Source: Octopus vulgaris
Lineage: Eukaryota
DNA length: 62,000 bases
NCBI GenBank assembly: GCA_951406725.2
Contig: OX597824.1
Span: forward strand, 32,322,001 to 32,384,000
Direction: 5' to 3'
Both the position numbers and the translations under genes were made by a program. Positions 15,101-28,256 of this stretch are shown one piece after another (position 1 is the stretch's first letter; every line of letters begins with the position of its first letter). Under the pieces are notes generated by a model. It ran no database searches, had not been told where the DNA came from, and saw only the letters and a list, made by a program, of their open reading frames with translations.

Positions 15101-17588
15101 GATTTTAAATTCAAATTTCTGATCCTGCCTCATATTGTTAACCCAACAATACTAATGAGGGACAAACTTCTGGCATAGTGTGGGGAAATTGGCTTGCAGC
15201 TACTTGAATAAAAGAGGTATAGTATGAACAAATATAAAACCAAAATCAAAAGAAAATACATACTGTAGCCATGTCATGGCATTTGTAATCAACTTGACCA
15301 TCCTCTTCTTTGACATAGAACTTCCTGAAGAAGTTAAAGGCTATGACTGTGTAGATATATACAACAATACTTGTCAACATCACAGTAAGCACCAACTGCA
15401 AAAGGAGACAAATAAGCATCATCAGAAATTTTCAACTTCCCAAACAAAATGAAATTTTATCACAAATATTTTGTGAAAGAGAGAATGGACTAAACAGAAC
15501 AAGAGGAGACAACGAGGGATGGGGTATCACTGAGGAGGTCACAGGGTGTCTGACAAAAGATTTCAGACAAAGGACACTAAAATAAGAATAATAATAAAGC
15601 TGAAGTGAAGAACATGTATTGGGTTGTCTGGAGTGTTCGTGCCGATTTATAGTAGCTTATATTTCGACTTATTTTAGAACATGGTTGAGTCCATAAAATA
15701 GGATCTTACTATACCTCCATTTAGAGCACAGTTTAAGCTATCTTTTAGTGGAAGAAGGTTTATGTTCTTATAACCTGTGTTAATTCTGTAACCCTTTAAA
15801 ATGGAAGATAAGAAAGTTCATTTTCAGCACTTGATGCTTTAGGAACCAGACAAAAATTGCTGCAGCTTGGCTGTGATGTGTTATCCCACCCTCCATGTTC
15901 ACCAGATATTGTTCCATTGGATTTCCACTTATTCAGGTCTCTGCAGAATAGTCTTAATGATAAAAATTTCAATTCCTTGGATGACGTAAAAAGATACCTT
16001 GATGAATTCTTTGCCATGAAACCACCTCAATTCTGAGAAGAGGGTATTTTCAAGTTAAAGGAAAGATGGAGATGCATTGTGCAACAAAATTGTTCATATT
16101 TGGTTGATTAAAAATGTAATGGCAAGTATTTATTGACCTTTTTCTTTCCTTTAAAATCAGCACAAACTTTCCGGACAACCCAATATATTGTGTGTGTGTT
16201 TAATTGACAAGAAGTATGACCATCTCCAAATATATATGTTTTGCATTTTAATAATAATTTTCAGTCATATTTTAATTCATGTTTCATAATTTTATACCAA
16301 TTGAAACTTAGAAATTATTCAACCATCATCATTAGAAGTCTTATCAACTTTAATATAGCTATAATGTGTGCTCATGAGTTACCTTTTAGGTTTGTTGCCT
16401 GTGCCCCTATATTTCAATATAACTCATCACTGGCTTATACAGCAGACCCCAAAGTTCCACCATCATAAAAGTGTTGCCCTGTGCTGACTAGCCCCTTGCC
16501 ATCCCCAGCTAAGTAACTGTTTATCAACTGTCCAATTCAAGCTTTAAAAATACTCTTAACATTTTTTTTTTCAAGTACATTCTCAATTTAAATCCTTAAA
16601 TCCTTAAAAATGTTTTAGCCCGAAGGCTGCGGCCATGCTGGGGCACCACCGCTGTGCTGGGGCACTACTCTGTTGTCTAAATAATCTTCACTGTTTTTCT
16701 TAAGATTTTTTATACTCTTTACTCTTTTACTTGTTTCAGTCATTTGACTGTGGCCAAGCTGGAGCGCTGCCTTTAGTCGAGCAAATTAACCCCAGGACTT
16801 ATTCTTTGTAAGCCTAGTACTTATTCTATTGGTCTCTTTTGCCAAACCACTAAGTTACGGGGACGTAAACACACCAGCATCGGTTGTCAAGCGATGTTGG
16901 GGGGGACAAACACATACACACAAATACACACATACATATATATATATATATATACATATATACGACGGGCTTCTTTCAGTTTCTGTCTACCAAATCCACT
17001 CACAAGGCTTTGGTCAGCCCGAGGCTATAGCAGAAGACACTTGCCCATGGTGCCACACAGTGGGACTGAACCCGGAACCATGTGGTTGGTAAGCAAGCTA
17101 CTTATCACACAGTCACTTCTATTGATTTTATTTCATATATGAAATATCTTTCTTTTCTCAACAACTCATGAGCTTGCTTGTGATGCTGCATTGGGAAAAC
17201 ATTTTTAGAATTATTTTTGTTTCTTGTAAGATGTTGCATGAGTATGATTAGTGATAGCTAATTAACAAACTTTATTAATCCTTTCAAATATACAATATGA
17301 ACCCTTTCTTTTACTTTTTTTGCCTTTACTTGTTCAGTTGTTAGACTGTGGTCATGCTGGGGCACTGCTTTGAAGAATTTTTAGCTGAATGACTCACCCC
17401 CAGTGTGTATTTTGCTTTTAAAGTCTGGGACTTATTCTTATTCTATCAGTCACATTTTTCTGAACTGCTAAGTTACAGGGATGTAAACACACCAACACCA
17501 GTTGTCAAGTGGTGCTGGGGGACAAACACAGACACAAAGATGCACAAGCACATATGCACACACACACACACACACACGCACACACACA

Positions 17589-17637
<49 letters not shown>

Positions 17638-20600
17638 GCGCACGCGTGCACACACACACACCACGAAACATGTGGTTGGGAAGCATGCTTCTTACTACAC
17701 AGCCATGCCTCTTCCTTTCTTTCACTTCAATACTGAGTTGTTTTGAAAAATGCAAACTTAAATCATAAAATACATTATCGTGCAACTAACTTCCACTCCC
17801 TAAAATTACTAGTTATGCACCAAAATTTAAAACTATTATTATTATTACTATTATCTTCATACAATTTATTGAGACATCACTATCAGATCTGTAAGAAAGG
17901 CACAGATGATAACATGCTGAATAGTAATTAATTTCATTGATTAATGATTGAATTAAAATCCTGCCAGTCAGCTTTGACATTGCAAGAAATATTTATTATA
18001 ATCAGGTCAATTGATTACAGCTGTTTTAACACGTCATCTGTGTGTTGTGTGTGTGTGTGTGTAGCTACAAATTATATTTTGCAATAGAAATTTATACAGA
18101 TTTGAGGTCATCAACTGATTGGGTTTCACTAAAATCTGAGTAATGGGGTGGGCAGAAATGACAACAACTAAATTTTTCATTTAGTATATAGAATTTAGGT
18201 CAACAATAATTTGCCATAAGAATTTCCATTTAGTAAAAAGTTCCATTTACCTGTTTTCCATTGTGTGTAACGGATTGCAAAATAGTTCTCAAAGTTTTGA
18301 ATCCAATAGCAACATCAATTAGATGAGCAGCAAAGAAGAAGTGGTTAAAATTGCCCAGCACAGAGAAGGTGAAATACCACAGAATGTACAGGAATGACTA
18401 GAGGAAGACAAAAATAGAATGATTTATAAGTTAATAAGCTTTTATACTGTATGAAAAGAATTACATTTTCCATGTAATTTCTTAAAATAAATGAAGAAAA
18501 AAAAAAAGAGACTATTTAAATTACCTGGAGAGGAAAGAAAAAGAGATCAGTCAGAGAATGTTTGCAGAAGTTGGAATGAAAAATAATGACAAAGGACATA
18601 ATTCCAAGAATGATAATCCTGGTTTAGTTTTAAATGTTGTTAGAGTAAATAATCTATTTCTGATTTACAATATAATTCTTTATTCAAAAAATATTAAAAT
18701 GCATTCTGGAGGGAATGTACAGAATATATAGGTTTTAAAATTTCATTTTATATAATTTTTCCTTTCTTCCATTGTTTCAGCCACTGGTCATTTCCCAGAG
18801 CACAGATATCCATGAAAGATAAGGTGACAAACTTAACATCCTTTTACATCTCATGGCATGCTTTAATACAGCAGAAATAAAATTTAAGTTGTTCATGAAG
18901 AATTAGTCATGTAGGAAAATCTTAAACCTAGCCATGTCCCACTCCAAAATGGGAAGAAGAAATAAAAAAACTTTTAATCATATGCGGAAAAATTCACATA
19001 CTTTCAAACTGACATTTCCCTTTAAAGATGAAAAACTCCAACCAATCACCATCACTCAAATTTACTTTAAATTTATTCTACAGCTTCTCTATTAGGAATG
19101 GATTTGGACTACTTCCTTTAACAATATTTAAAACTAAACCTAGAAGTTACATTTATATATTTGTTTTGCAACATTCTTGATGTGAAATCGTGTGTTGAAA
19201 CAGATGTTGTATTTAGGAATGGCCATATTGCCAGTTTAGCCAATAAAAATAAATGCACTATATATTTGGCCGAAATAAGATTAAGATTAATGTAAAAAAT
19301 AAATAAAGCTGAAGCAAATTAACACCAAATATATAGTGCATGTGTTTTTATTGGCTAAACTGGCAACATAACCATTCCTAAACCTAGAAGATTGTTCACA
19401 AAACATATATCCACGTTTTCTCACTTATTCATTTCCATTTTTGGTATATCTATAATGTTTGACTTCTTCTTCTTTCCTTCTTACTCCTCCCTCTACCAAT
19501 GATTTAAATTTCCAATGTAATTAAAATATTTTTTTCTCCCTAACATTGATTTTCATCATTTTGGATGGAAGCACTCTGTCGGTTATGATGACGAGGGTTC
19601 CGGTTGATCCGATCAACGGAACAGCCTGCTGGTGAAATTAACGAGTAAGTGGCTGAGCACTTCACAGACATATGTACCCTTAACGTAGTTCTCGGGGATA
19701 TTCAGCGTGACACAGAGAGTGTCAAGGCCGGCCCTTTGAAATACAGGTACAACAGAAATAGGAAGTAAGAGTGAGAGAAAGTTGTGGTGAAAGAGTACAG
19801 CAGGGATCACCACCATCCCTGCCGGAGCCTCGTGGAGCTTTAGGTGTTTTCACTCAATAAACACTCACAACACCCGATCCGAGAATCGAAACCGCGATCC
19901 TATGACCGCGAGTCCGTTGCCCTAACCACTGGGCCATTGCGTCTCCACACTTTCATCATTTTACTCCTCACCACAGTAAAAAGGCTCACTTTATTCTTAG
20001 ACTGATATCAATCTAGAACTTTTTTTTTGTCTATAATTTCTGTTTTAGCAGCCATTTCAAAAGTTACATCAACATTTTACTCATTTGTTTCAGAGAAGAC
20101 AAATTTTTCAAGTTTCAATTCCATAAAACTTACATGACATAGAAAATTAAAATAAAACAATTAAGAGAAAGCCCGTTTCTCTTTAACCCTTTAAATTGTG
20201 ACTAAAGTTTGGTGGGAGATTTTAATTCAAAACTTATGAAATAAGACATTTGTACTCAGAGCCAGAGCCAGTTTCAGCCGGGTTGGTAATGAAAAGGTTA
20301 AGAAGTAAAAGAAAAAGAAAATAACGAATGTGGTAACAATTGGAGTATGTGTTATAGAAATGTTTAACACATACATTTGTATGTCTTATAGACATGTTTC
20401 CAGTTTGATGTTACAAAAATAGCATATATATAAAAAACAAACTCAGACCACAGAAGCATTTTGCTGACTTTCAAATTTACTTATTTACTAGAAAGGAAAT
20501 AAATTTCCCACAAAACAGAAAAAAGGCTTCTTTCAACTTACATTATCAGTAAAAATGACACCCCATTTCCAAAGTTGATATTGCCAATCCATATTTGAGA

Positions 20601-23600
20601 GACTGAGAAAAGATAAAATAACAGACAAACAATCAAGTAAAACTGATGGGTCAATAAAGTTGTGTAAAGTTTCCAATTTAATTAGTTTAATTGTTACTTT
20701 TACTATATCTTTATCATCATCATTTGAAAATGACTGTCTTAATGCCCTGGACTCATAGAGCCAGTTATCTGGTTTCCATGGTGTTTAAGTGACCAAGATC
20801 ACATCATTCCCTCTGAATAAGATGCTAGCCTCTAGCAGGTTTACTCATTAAAGCTCAGCAGACTGAAGCAAGGCATGATGAAATGCTTTGCTCAAGAACA
20901 CAATGCATCACCTTGTCTAGGAATCAAAATCATAATCTTGAAATTGTGAGGGCAAAAACCTAACCACTAGGCCACAGGCCTTTACCTTTTACCACACAAA
21001 AAAAAAAAAAATAATAAATATGCCCTTTCAAAGCCTAGCCAGACTCATAGGCCCGGTTTCCCGGTTTCAATGGCGTATGTGTTCCCCAGCTGGATGGGAC
21101 ACCAGTCCATCGCAGCATTGCTCATTTTTGCCAGCTGAGTGGACTGGAGCAATGTGAAATGAAGTGTTTTGCTCAAGAACACAACGCGTCGCCCGGTCCA
21201 GGAATCGAAATTGCAATCTTACGATCATGATGCTGACACCCTAACCACTAAGCCACGCGCCTCCACTTTTACTACAAAAGTAAAATTATTTGAATATTTT
21301 ATACAAAGCAGCAGTGAGCTATTGGGAGATGTTGAAGGCATTCCACTAGCTGCTATGAACATAATTTTGTGACAATGACTTAAGAGATATAAAAACCAAG
21401 AAAAGTGAGTACTTACAAAGCTGGCAGCATTCCAGTATGCTCTACTGTATCTTCTATGGTTATTGAATCTCCTTTCTTCATACCTAGCAGATTACTGATG
21501 CTTTCATAATCATACTGTTCAGCATATCGTAGTCTGACCTACAACAGTAACACATTCATCAAGGTAAATACATGTGCATTTCAAAAAATTAACAATGGAA
21601 GTGCTTACACACAATACGGAAAATGCCTTCCAAAAGGTTTGTATTTTTTTCAGATTATTTTTTATTATTAATAATTTTCATCTGTGACAGTATCAAGTAT
21701 TTTTTGCAAAAACTTTTAAAATAATCTATTATATAAAATCCGTTCTGTGTGTGTGTGTGTGTGTGTCTTCTAGGATCTTGCGCATCCTCCATCAGATTGC
21801 ACTCAAATTTGATATGTAGATACCGACGGTATTATGGGGTGTATAAGTCTTGAAAAAATTACAAAATCGATTCCAGGTGAGAATGTGATTGATAAAGCCG
21901 TGGGAATGTGCATTTGTATGCTCAAGTACATCAGTCGAAAACTGTCTTTTGCTGGTGTCTCAAATATAGGTTAAATCAGTGTTTCTCAAAGGGGAGGCCT
22001 ATGGGATGGTCGGACAAGTTGTTTTGAGAAAATTTGGTTTAAATGTTTGACAACTCAGCACTGTCCATTAGACGGGGGTGGGGGGGCGTTTTGCTCATAT
22101 ATTTTATATAAATGTCTGTTATTGTTGGTGAGAAAGTTTACAATTGGTTTCCTGTCTATTATTGTTCTTAACAATGATAACTTACTGACTGGCCATAATC
22201 AACAACTACATCAAATATGATTGCTCAAAAGAAAAAAAGTATTTTTGAGTGTGCTTTTTTTTTTTGACTTATGAAAAACTGTCCGACTCTGTGTGTGTGT
22301 GTGTGCCTGTGTACGTATGTATGTGTGGGTCTTTTTTCTGGAAGAAAATTTTAACCTGACATTTAAGGAATATGCTTAGCATGTTTGAAAGGGTTGATTG
22401 GCAGTGTTGAGCTTTATTTTTTAATTGGTATTTTAGTGATGGGCTGGTGGGATTGTCTCTATTTTGAGTATACTGTGTAAGCATTTAGGCATTCTGCATG
22501 TGTTCTGTATTTTGTGATTCTGATATTTTTAAAATGATGGATCTCAAGTTGATAAACCAAACAAGATTGCTTCAGCTGAGCTTGATGATTGTTTTGATGA
22601 TCTTAAATAACTTTTATAATTAGTTTTACACTATGAAAAAAATGAAAACAGAATCCCAAAAGACCCTACCATGTCTGCCAAATAAAATTTAAATATTTGT
22701 TTCTATTTTTTAAACATTACTGAATTACCAAGAAAATTTTGAATTTTTTCTGAGCTGAAAATACATTCTAATCGATATTTAAGTTCAGTTAACCAGTAAA
22801 AAAGCTTAAAAAGATTTTCTATGTCTGTTTATTATTTGTTAATGACATTCTGAATTTTTCATCATAGCCTTAAACTTACCTTCTTTTTGACGAATTTATC
22901 CCAGTAGCTCTGAGGGAAGGAGCCCGTACTTAAGACAAGCTTATCCCATTGAGCTTTAATATCATCTTCATCAGGTTGTTCAGCGATATACAAGCCCTCA
23001 AATTCTAGTTTACGAGCAATTTCTTTTTCTCGTTTAAAGATTACTAAAGGCACTTTGAGGCAATAATAAGCCACCAACATTGAGAAGGAGGCTATTGAAT
23101 GTAATACTGCTAACACTTCTAAAACTGGTAACAAATAGTCCACATCTTCTTCCATCATCACAACCTCTTCAGCATCATCATCGTCAGATGTTCCATTACT
23201 TCCAGTGCTTTCCTCCTCTCCTCCAACCATAGCCTGAGTTACCTTGTTCACCTGAAACAATACATTTACATTTAGTGGTATAAAGATTACAATATATTTA
23301 TTGGTAACTATTTCACAAATATACATTACTACCTCATATATATATATAAAGCTGAAGTTGTCTGTGTGTGGCACGTTTAGTAGCCTTCAACTAACACTAT
23401 CTCCTCCGAGACCCTGTGGCGCAAGTTGACCAAAATTGAGAGTATGATAGAAGAAGGTTTACTCTTCATTCCGTAAAAGATAAAATTCAAATCGGACCAT
23501 GTTAAGACCAAAAATTATTTACATCAAAAAGGTGCTTTTTTCTATGAAAATCCCTATTTTTTTAACGATTTTTTGACTGCTGTGTCGCCATTTTTAGGTG

Positions 23601-24405
23601 TATTTCAACCAGAAAAATGTTCACTTAAAGAGAATAACAAGCTACATAATGCAAAAGTTTTACTTTTCAAAAATTCCAATTCTAAAGGGTTGAAACAAAC
23701 CCGAGCAACGCCGGGCGATACTGCTAGTATATATGCAATCACCATATTTCATTCCATAACAGCTACCTCTGATGAGTGCAAGGCTACATAATTGGATTTC
23801 TATCTAACACTGTTGAATCCCTAGCACAAAATCGATTGGTAAGACATTTATTCCAGCTTGCTAACGATTCTGCCAGCTTGCTGCCCTACTTTGATGAATA
23901 GTTATTGATAACAGCAATGTTAAAAAGTGAGATAAATAGTCAAAAAATTGTTAATTATAGGCAATGTTAATGATGGATTAAAAATAGCAATGTGCATACC
24001 TTGTAAAAGAGTAATATAAAGTTGATGAAGAAAGCAAGAGCCAAGGCCACGTATTTGAAATTATAAAAGTTTCTTGCAAAATAACTCTGCAAAGATAAGA
24101 GAAACAGTTTATTAATGGTAGGAATGTTTAATTTCTGTTATGTCTGCTAATTTCGAAACTTTATCAAATTTGTATCAAGAATTAAAGAAAATGAAAATAT
24201 TCTTCCGTTTTGTTGTGTTTTAGGAAGATCTGAAGCAAATAATGAACCAATTGACAAATAAATAATAATAAAAAAAAAGTGAAACAGAACTAGTGTGTAT
24301 TTATTATTGGCCTAACAAATTTCCCAAGATACAACAAAATCTGTTTCAACACATGTTCACACCAATAATCTCACAAGCTAACTACAAGGATGAATAATTC
24401 TTCTT

Positions 24406-24436
<31 letters not shown>

Positions 24437-24448
24437 TTATCATTATTA

Positions 24449-24482
<34 letters not shown>

Positions 24483-24949
24483 ACTGGTGGCGTGGAGAGG
24501 GGAGGTTGGTATGCATGGGCGACTGCTGGTCTTCCATAAACAACCTTGCCCGGACTTGTGTCTAGGAGGGTAACTTTCTAGGTGCAATCCCATGGTCATT
24601 CATGACCGAAGGGGGTCTTTATTATTATTATTATTAGCAGAGTCTAATGAAATTTCAGTTAAAATATGTGTTGCATGTTTTAATGTTTCCTCGATGATCA
24701 CAGGAAATAGCCAAGTGTTTAAGAAATTCACTCCATAACCATGAGGTCTTGTGTTCAGACTCAGTGCATGGCATCAAGGACAAGTAGATTCTGTCAATGT
24801 CTTAGATTGACCCACAGCTTGACAGTGAAATGAAGTTGATAGAAACAGTGTGGAAGTTTCAGTGAATGGACCATACCACTAATTTACTGAAGTAACCTTG
24901 TCAGAAAACAGAACCAGACTGAATCTGTCTGAAGATTATACTGAGCATA

Positions 24950-24987
<38 letters not shown>

Positions 24988-25207
24988 TCTTTTATTCCTT
25001 TACTCTTTTATTTGTTGCAGTCATTTGACTGCAGCCATGCTGGAGCACTGCTCAAACAAATTGACCCTAGGACTTATTCTGTGTAAGCCTAGTACTTATT
25101 CTGTTTGTGTCTTTTGTCAAACCACTAAGTTGCAGGGACGTAAATACACCAACATTGGTTGTCAAGCAGGGGTGGGAGGACAAACATAGACACACAAGCA
25201 TATACAA

Positions 25208-25270
<63 letters not shown>

Positions 25271-25439
25271 CATATATATATATGACGGGCTTCTTTCAGT
25301 TTCTGTCTACCAAATCCACAAGGCCTTGATCAGCCCGAGGCTATAGTAGAAAACACTTGCCCAAAGTGTCATGCAGTAGGCCTGAGCCCAGAACCATGTG
25401 GTTGGTAAGCAAGCTGCTTACTACACAGCCACTCCTGTG

Positions 25440-25516
<77 letters not shown>

Positions 25517-27501
25517 CAGTTGTAGTAACCAACTAAGGTATAAAATATCCGTGTATACAATAAGTATCCGTTACCTGTGTTATTCCCGGGCAATGGTATG
25601 CAGGGACACCATATACATCAAGCACAGGTGACAAAAGGATAAACAAAAGTTTATCAAGAGTCAATGCAAATAATTACAAAATGGAGAGTCATTAGACTCT
25701 ACTCAGGAATAAAGAAGAAGAAGAAGAAGAAGAAGGAGAAGGAGAAGAAGAAGGAGAAGGAAGAAGAAGAAGAAGAAGAAGAAGAAGAAGAAGAAGAAGA
25801 AGAAGAAGAAGAAGAAGAAGAAGAAGAAGAAGAAGAAGAAGAAGAAGAAGAAGAAGAAGAAGAAGAAGAAGAAGATGTAGAAGAAGCTGGTATGCTGGTA
25901 CCACATAAAATGATCCCATGCTGGCACCACATATAAAGCTCCTGTGTTGGTGCCACATAAAAAGCATCCGCTACACTCTGCATAGTGGTTTGTATTAGGA
26001 AGGGCATCCAGCTATATAAACCATGCCAAAACAGACAATTGGAGTCCATTGTAGCTCTTTGGCTTGCCAGCTCCTGTCAAACTGTCCAAATCATGCCAGC
26101 ATGGAAAAACAGATGTTAAATGATGATGTGGATGATGATGATGTTCTAACAATTCTGCCAGATTACAACCTTCAATATTGCAAAAAAATATTATTGATAA
26201 TTACCAGGATATATTTTCCATAATCAAATGCTTTGGTTTCATAAGGTACTTCTTCCTCTCCTGCAACAATACCCTCTTCACCTTCGAGCTCTTCTCCCTT
26301 GCCGCTATCGGTCGTTGGAGTGCCATTAGTTCTGTAAAAACAATAACAGTAAAGTTTTAGATTAATACTATTTATGAAAATCACTGTTTATATTGTGACG
26401 TATATTTGCCATTTAAATATGGCTAACCCCTAAGGGTGGATGCTAATGTAGTTTGTAGCCCCAGGAGGACACCTCCTCCAGCTGGCTATAGACACACTTT
26501 CTGTGCCCTATCAGTATTTGTAAAGAGTGCCCCAGGAGGACACATCCTCCAGCCGGCTATAGACACACTTTCTGTGCCCTATCAGTATTTGCAAATACTG
26601 ATAGGGCACTGAAAGTGTGTCTATAGCCAGCTGGAGGAGGTGTCCTCCTGAGGCTACAAACTATAGTAGCATCCACCCTTAGGGGTTAGCCATATTTAAA
26701 TGGCAAATATACATCACGATGTGTTGTTGCTACTGTTTATAACTCGCTCTGAGATTTATTATTGACTGTTTATATTATATTTTCATTATTTGCACTGTTT
26801 ACAGTAAGCTCTGAAATGATGAGCTGCAGATTTATACTTAATTATGGTCCAAAAGATTCAAATGTAAATATGCTGGTTGCTGTTGTGCATGTCACAGGAG
26901 AACAACTTCTTCCTTTTACTATGACTGCATTCATAAAATACTTTCCTCATTGGTGCAAAGGATTTTGAGATACCAGTTTTTTGACATGTGTCTCATCAAC
27001 CAGAATGTGTCTTATCAAACACTCCTTTGAGTCAATCAATAATTGTGTAAGTTTATTGAAAAGGAAAAGACATTTAAATTATTCATATATTTTAAAGTAG
27101 AAAGAAAACGTACGCTTCGTTTGTAGATGTTCCAGCTGGAGCTGGAATTTCTGGCACTGATTCAGCTATCAAGAATTTTTCTTCCTATAATGAAAGAAAA
27201 TGGACAATTAAAATATCTACATCGTAATGTCAATACATTCTTTGATATTCAATACTATCCTTTCTTTTATCTTTTATTCTTTTACTTGTGTCAGTCATTT
27301 GACTGCGGCCATGCTCGAGCACCGCCTTTAGTCGAGCAAATCGACCCCAGGACTTATTCTTTGTAAGTCTAGTACTTATTCTATCGGTCTTTTTTGCTGA
27401 ACTGCTAAGTTATGGGGACGTAAACACACCAGCATTGGTAGTTATGCGATGTTGGGGGGATAAACACAGACACAGAAACATACATACGCACACACACGCA
27501 T

Positions 27502-27540
<39 letters not shown>

Positions 27541-28186
27541 TATATACGAGGGGCTTCTTTCAGTTTCTGTCTACCAAATCCACTCACAAGGCTTTGGTCG
27601 GCCTGAAGCTATAGTAGAAGACACTTGCCCAAGGTGCCACGCAGTGGGACTGAACCCGGAACCATGTGGATGGTAAGCAAGCTTCTTACCACACAGCCCT
27701 GCCTGTGCCTAAATTTATTCTTGATATATTCTTGACATTTTACTTCAGAGTTTTGCAATTAATACAATAAATTTCTATACTATTTCAACCCTTTAGCATT
27801 TGAACCAGTCATATTCAGTCCTCTTTTATGTTTAAACTGCCCTGATCTGGCTTCTCACACCTACTTACAATGTCAATCTAAAAATAAACTATCGCATCAT
27901 TGAAACCATGAAACTATAAGATAATGCATGATTAACTCAAAACAATACTCTTACTCTTTTACTCTTTTACTTGTTTCAGTCATTTGACTGTGGCCATGCT
28001 GGAGCACCGCCTTTAATCGAGCAACTCGACCCCTGGACTTATTCTTTTGTAAGCCCTGTACTTATTCTATCGGTCTCTTTTGCCGAACCGCTAAGTAACG
28101 GGGACATAAAAACACCAGCATCTGTTGTCAAGCAATGCTAGGAGGACAAACACAGACACACAACTCCTTACAAATACACACACGCT

Positions 28187-28256
<70 letters not shown>

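Noticed and set aside
18781-18823. Plus-strand exon-like segment (tttcag|...|gtgaca) suggesting an antisense gene
   Set aside because: Single weak instance; no linked plus-strand exons or recognisable protein found.
22862-23374. 170-aa ORF as an independent gene
   Set aside because: It is exon 18 plus intronic and Helitron-derived flanks.
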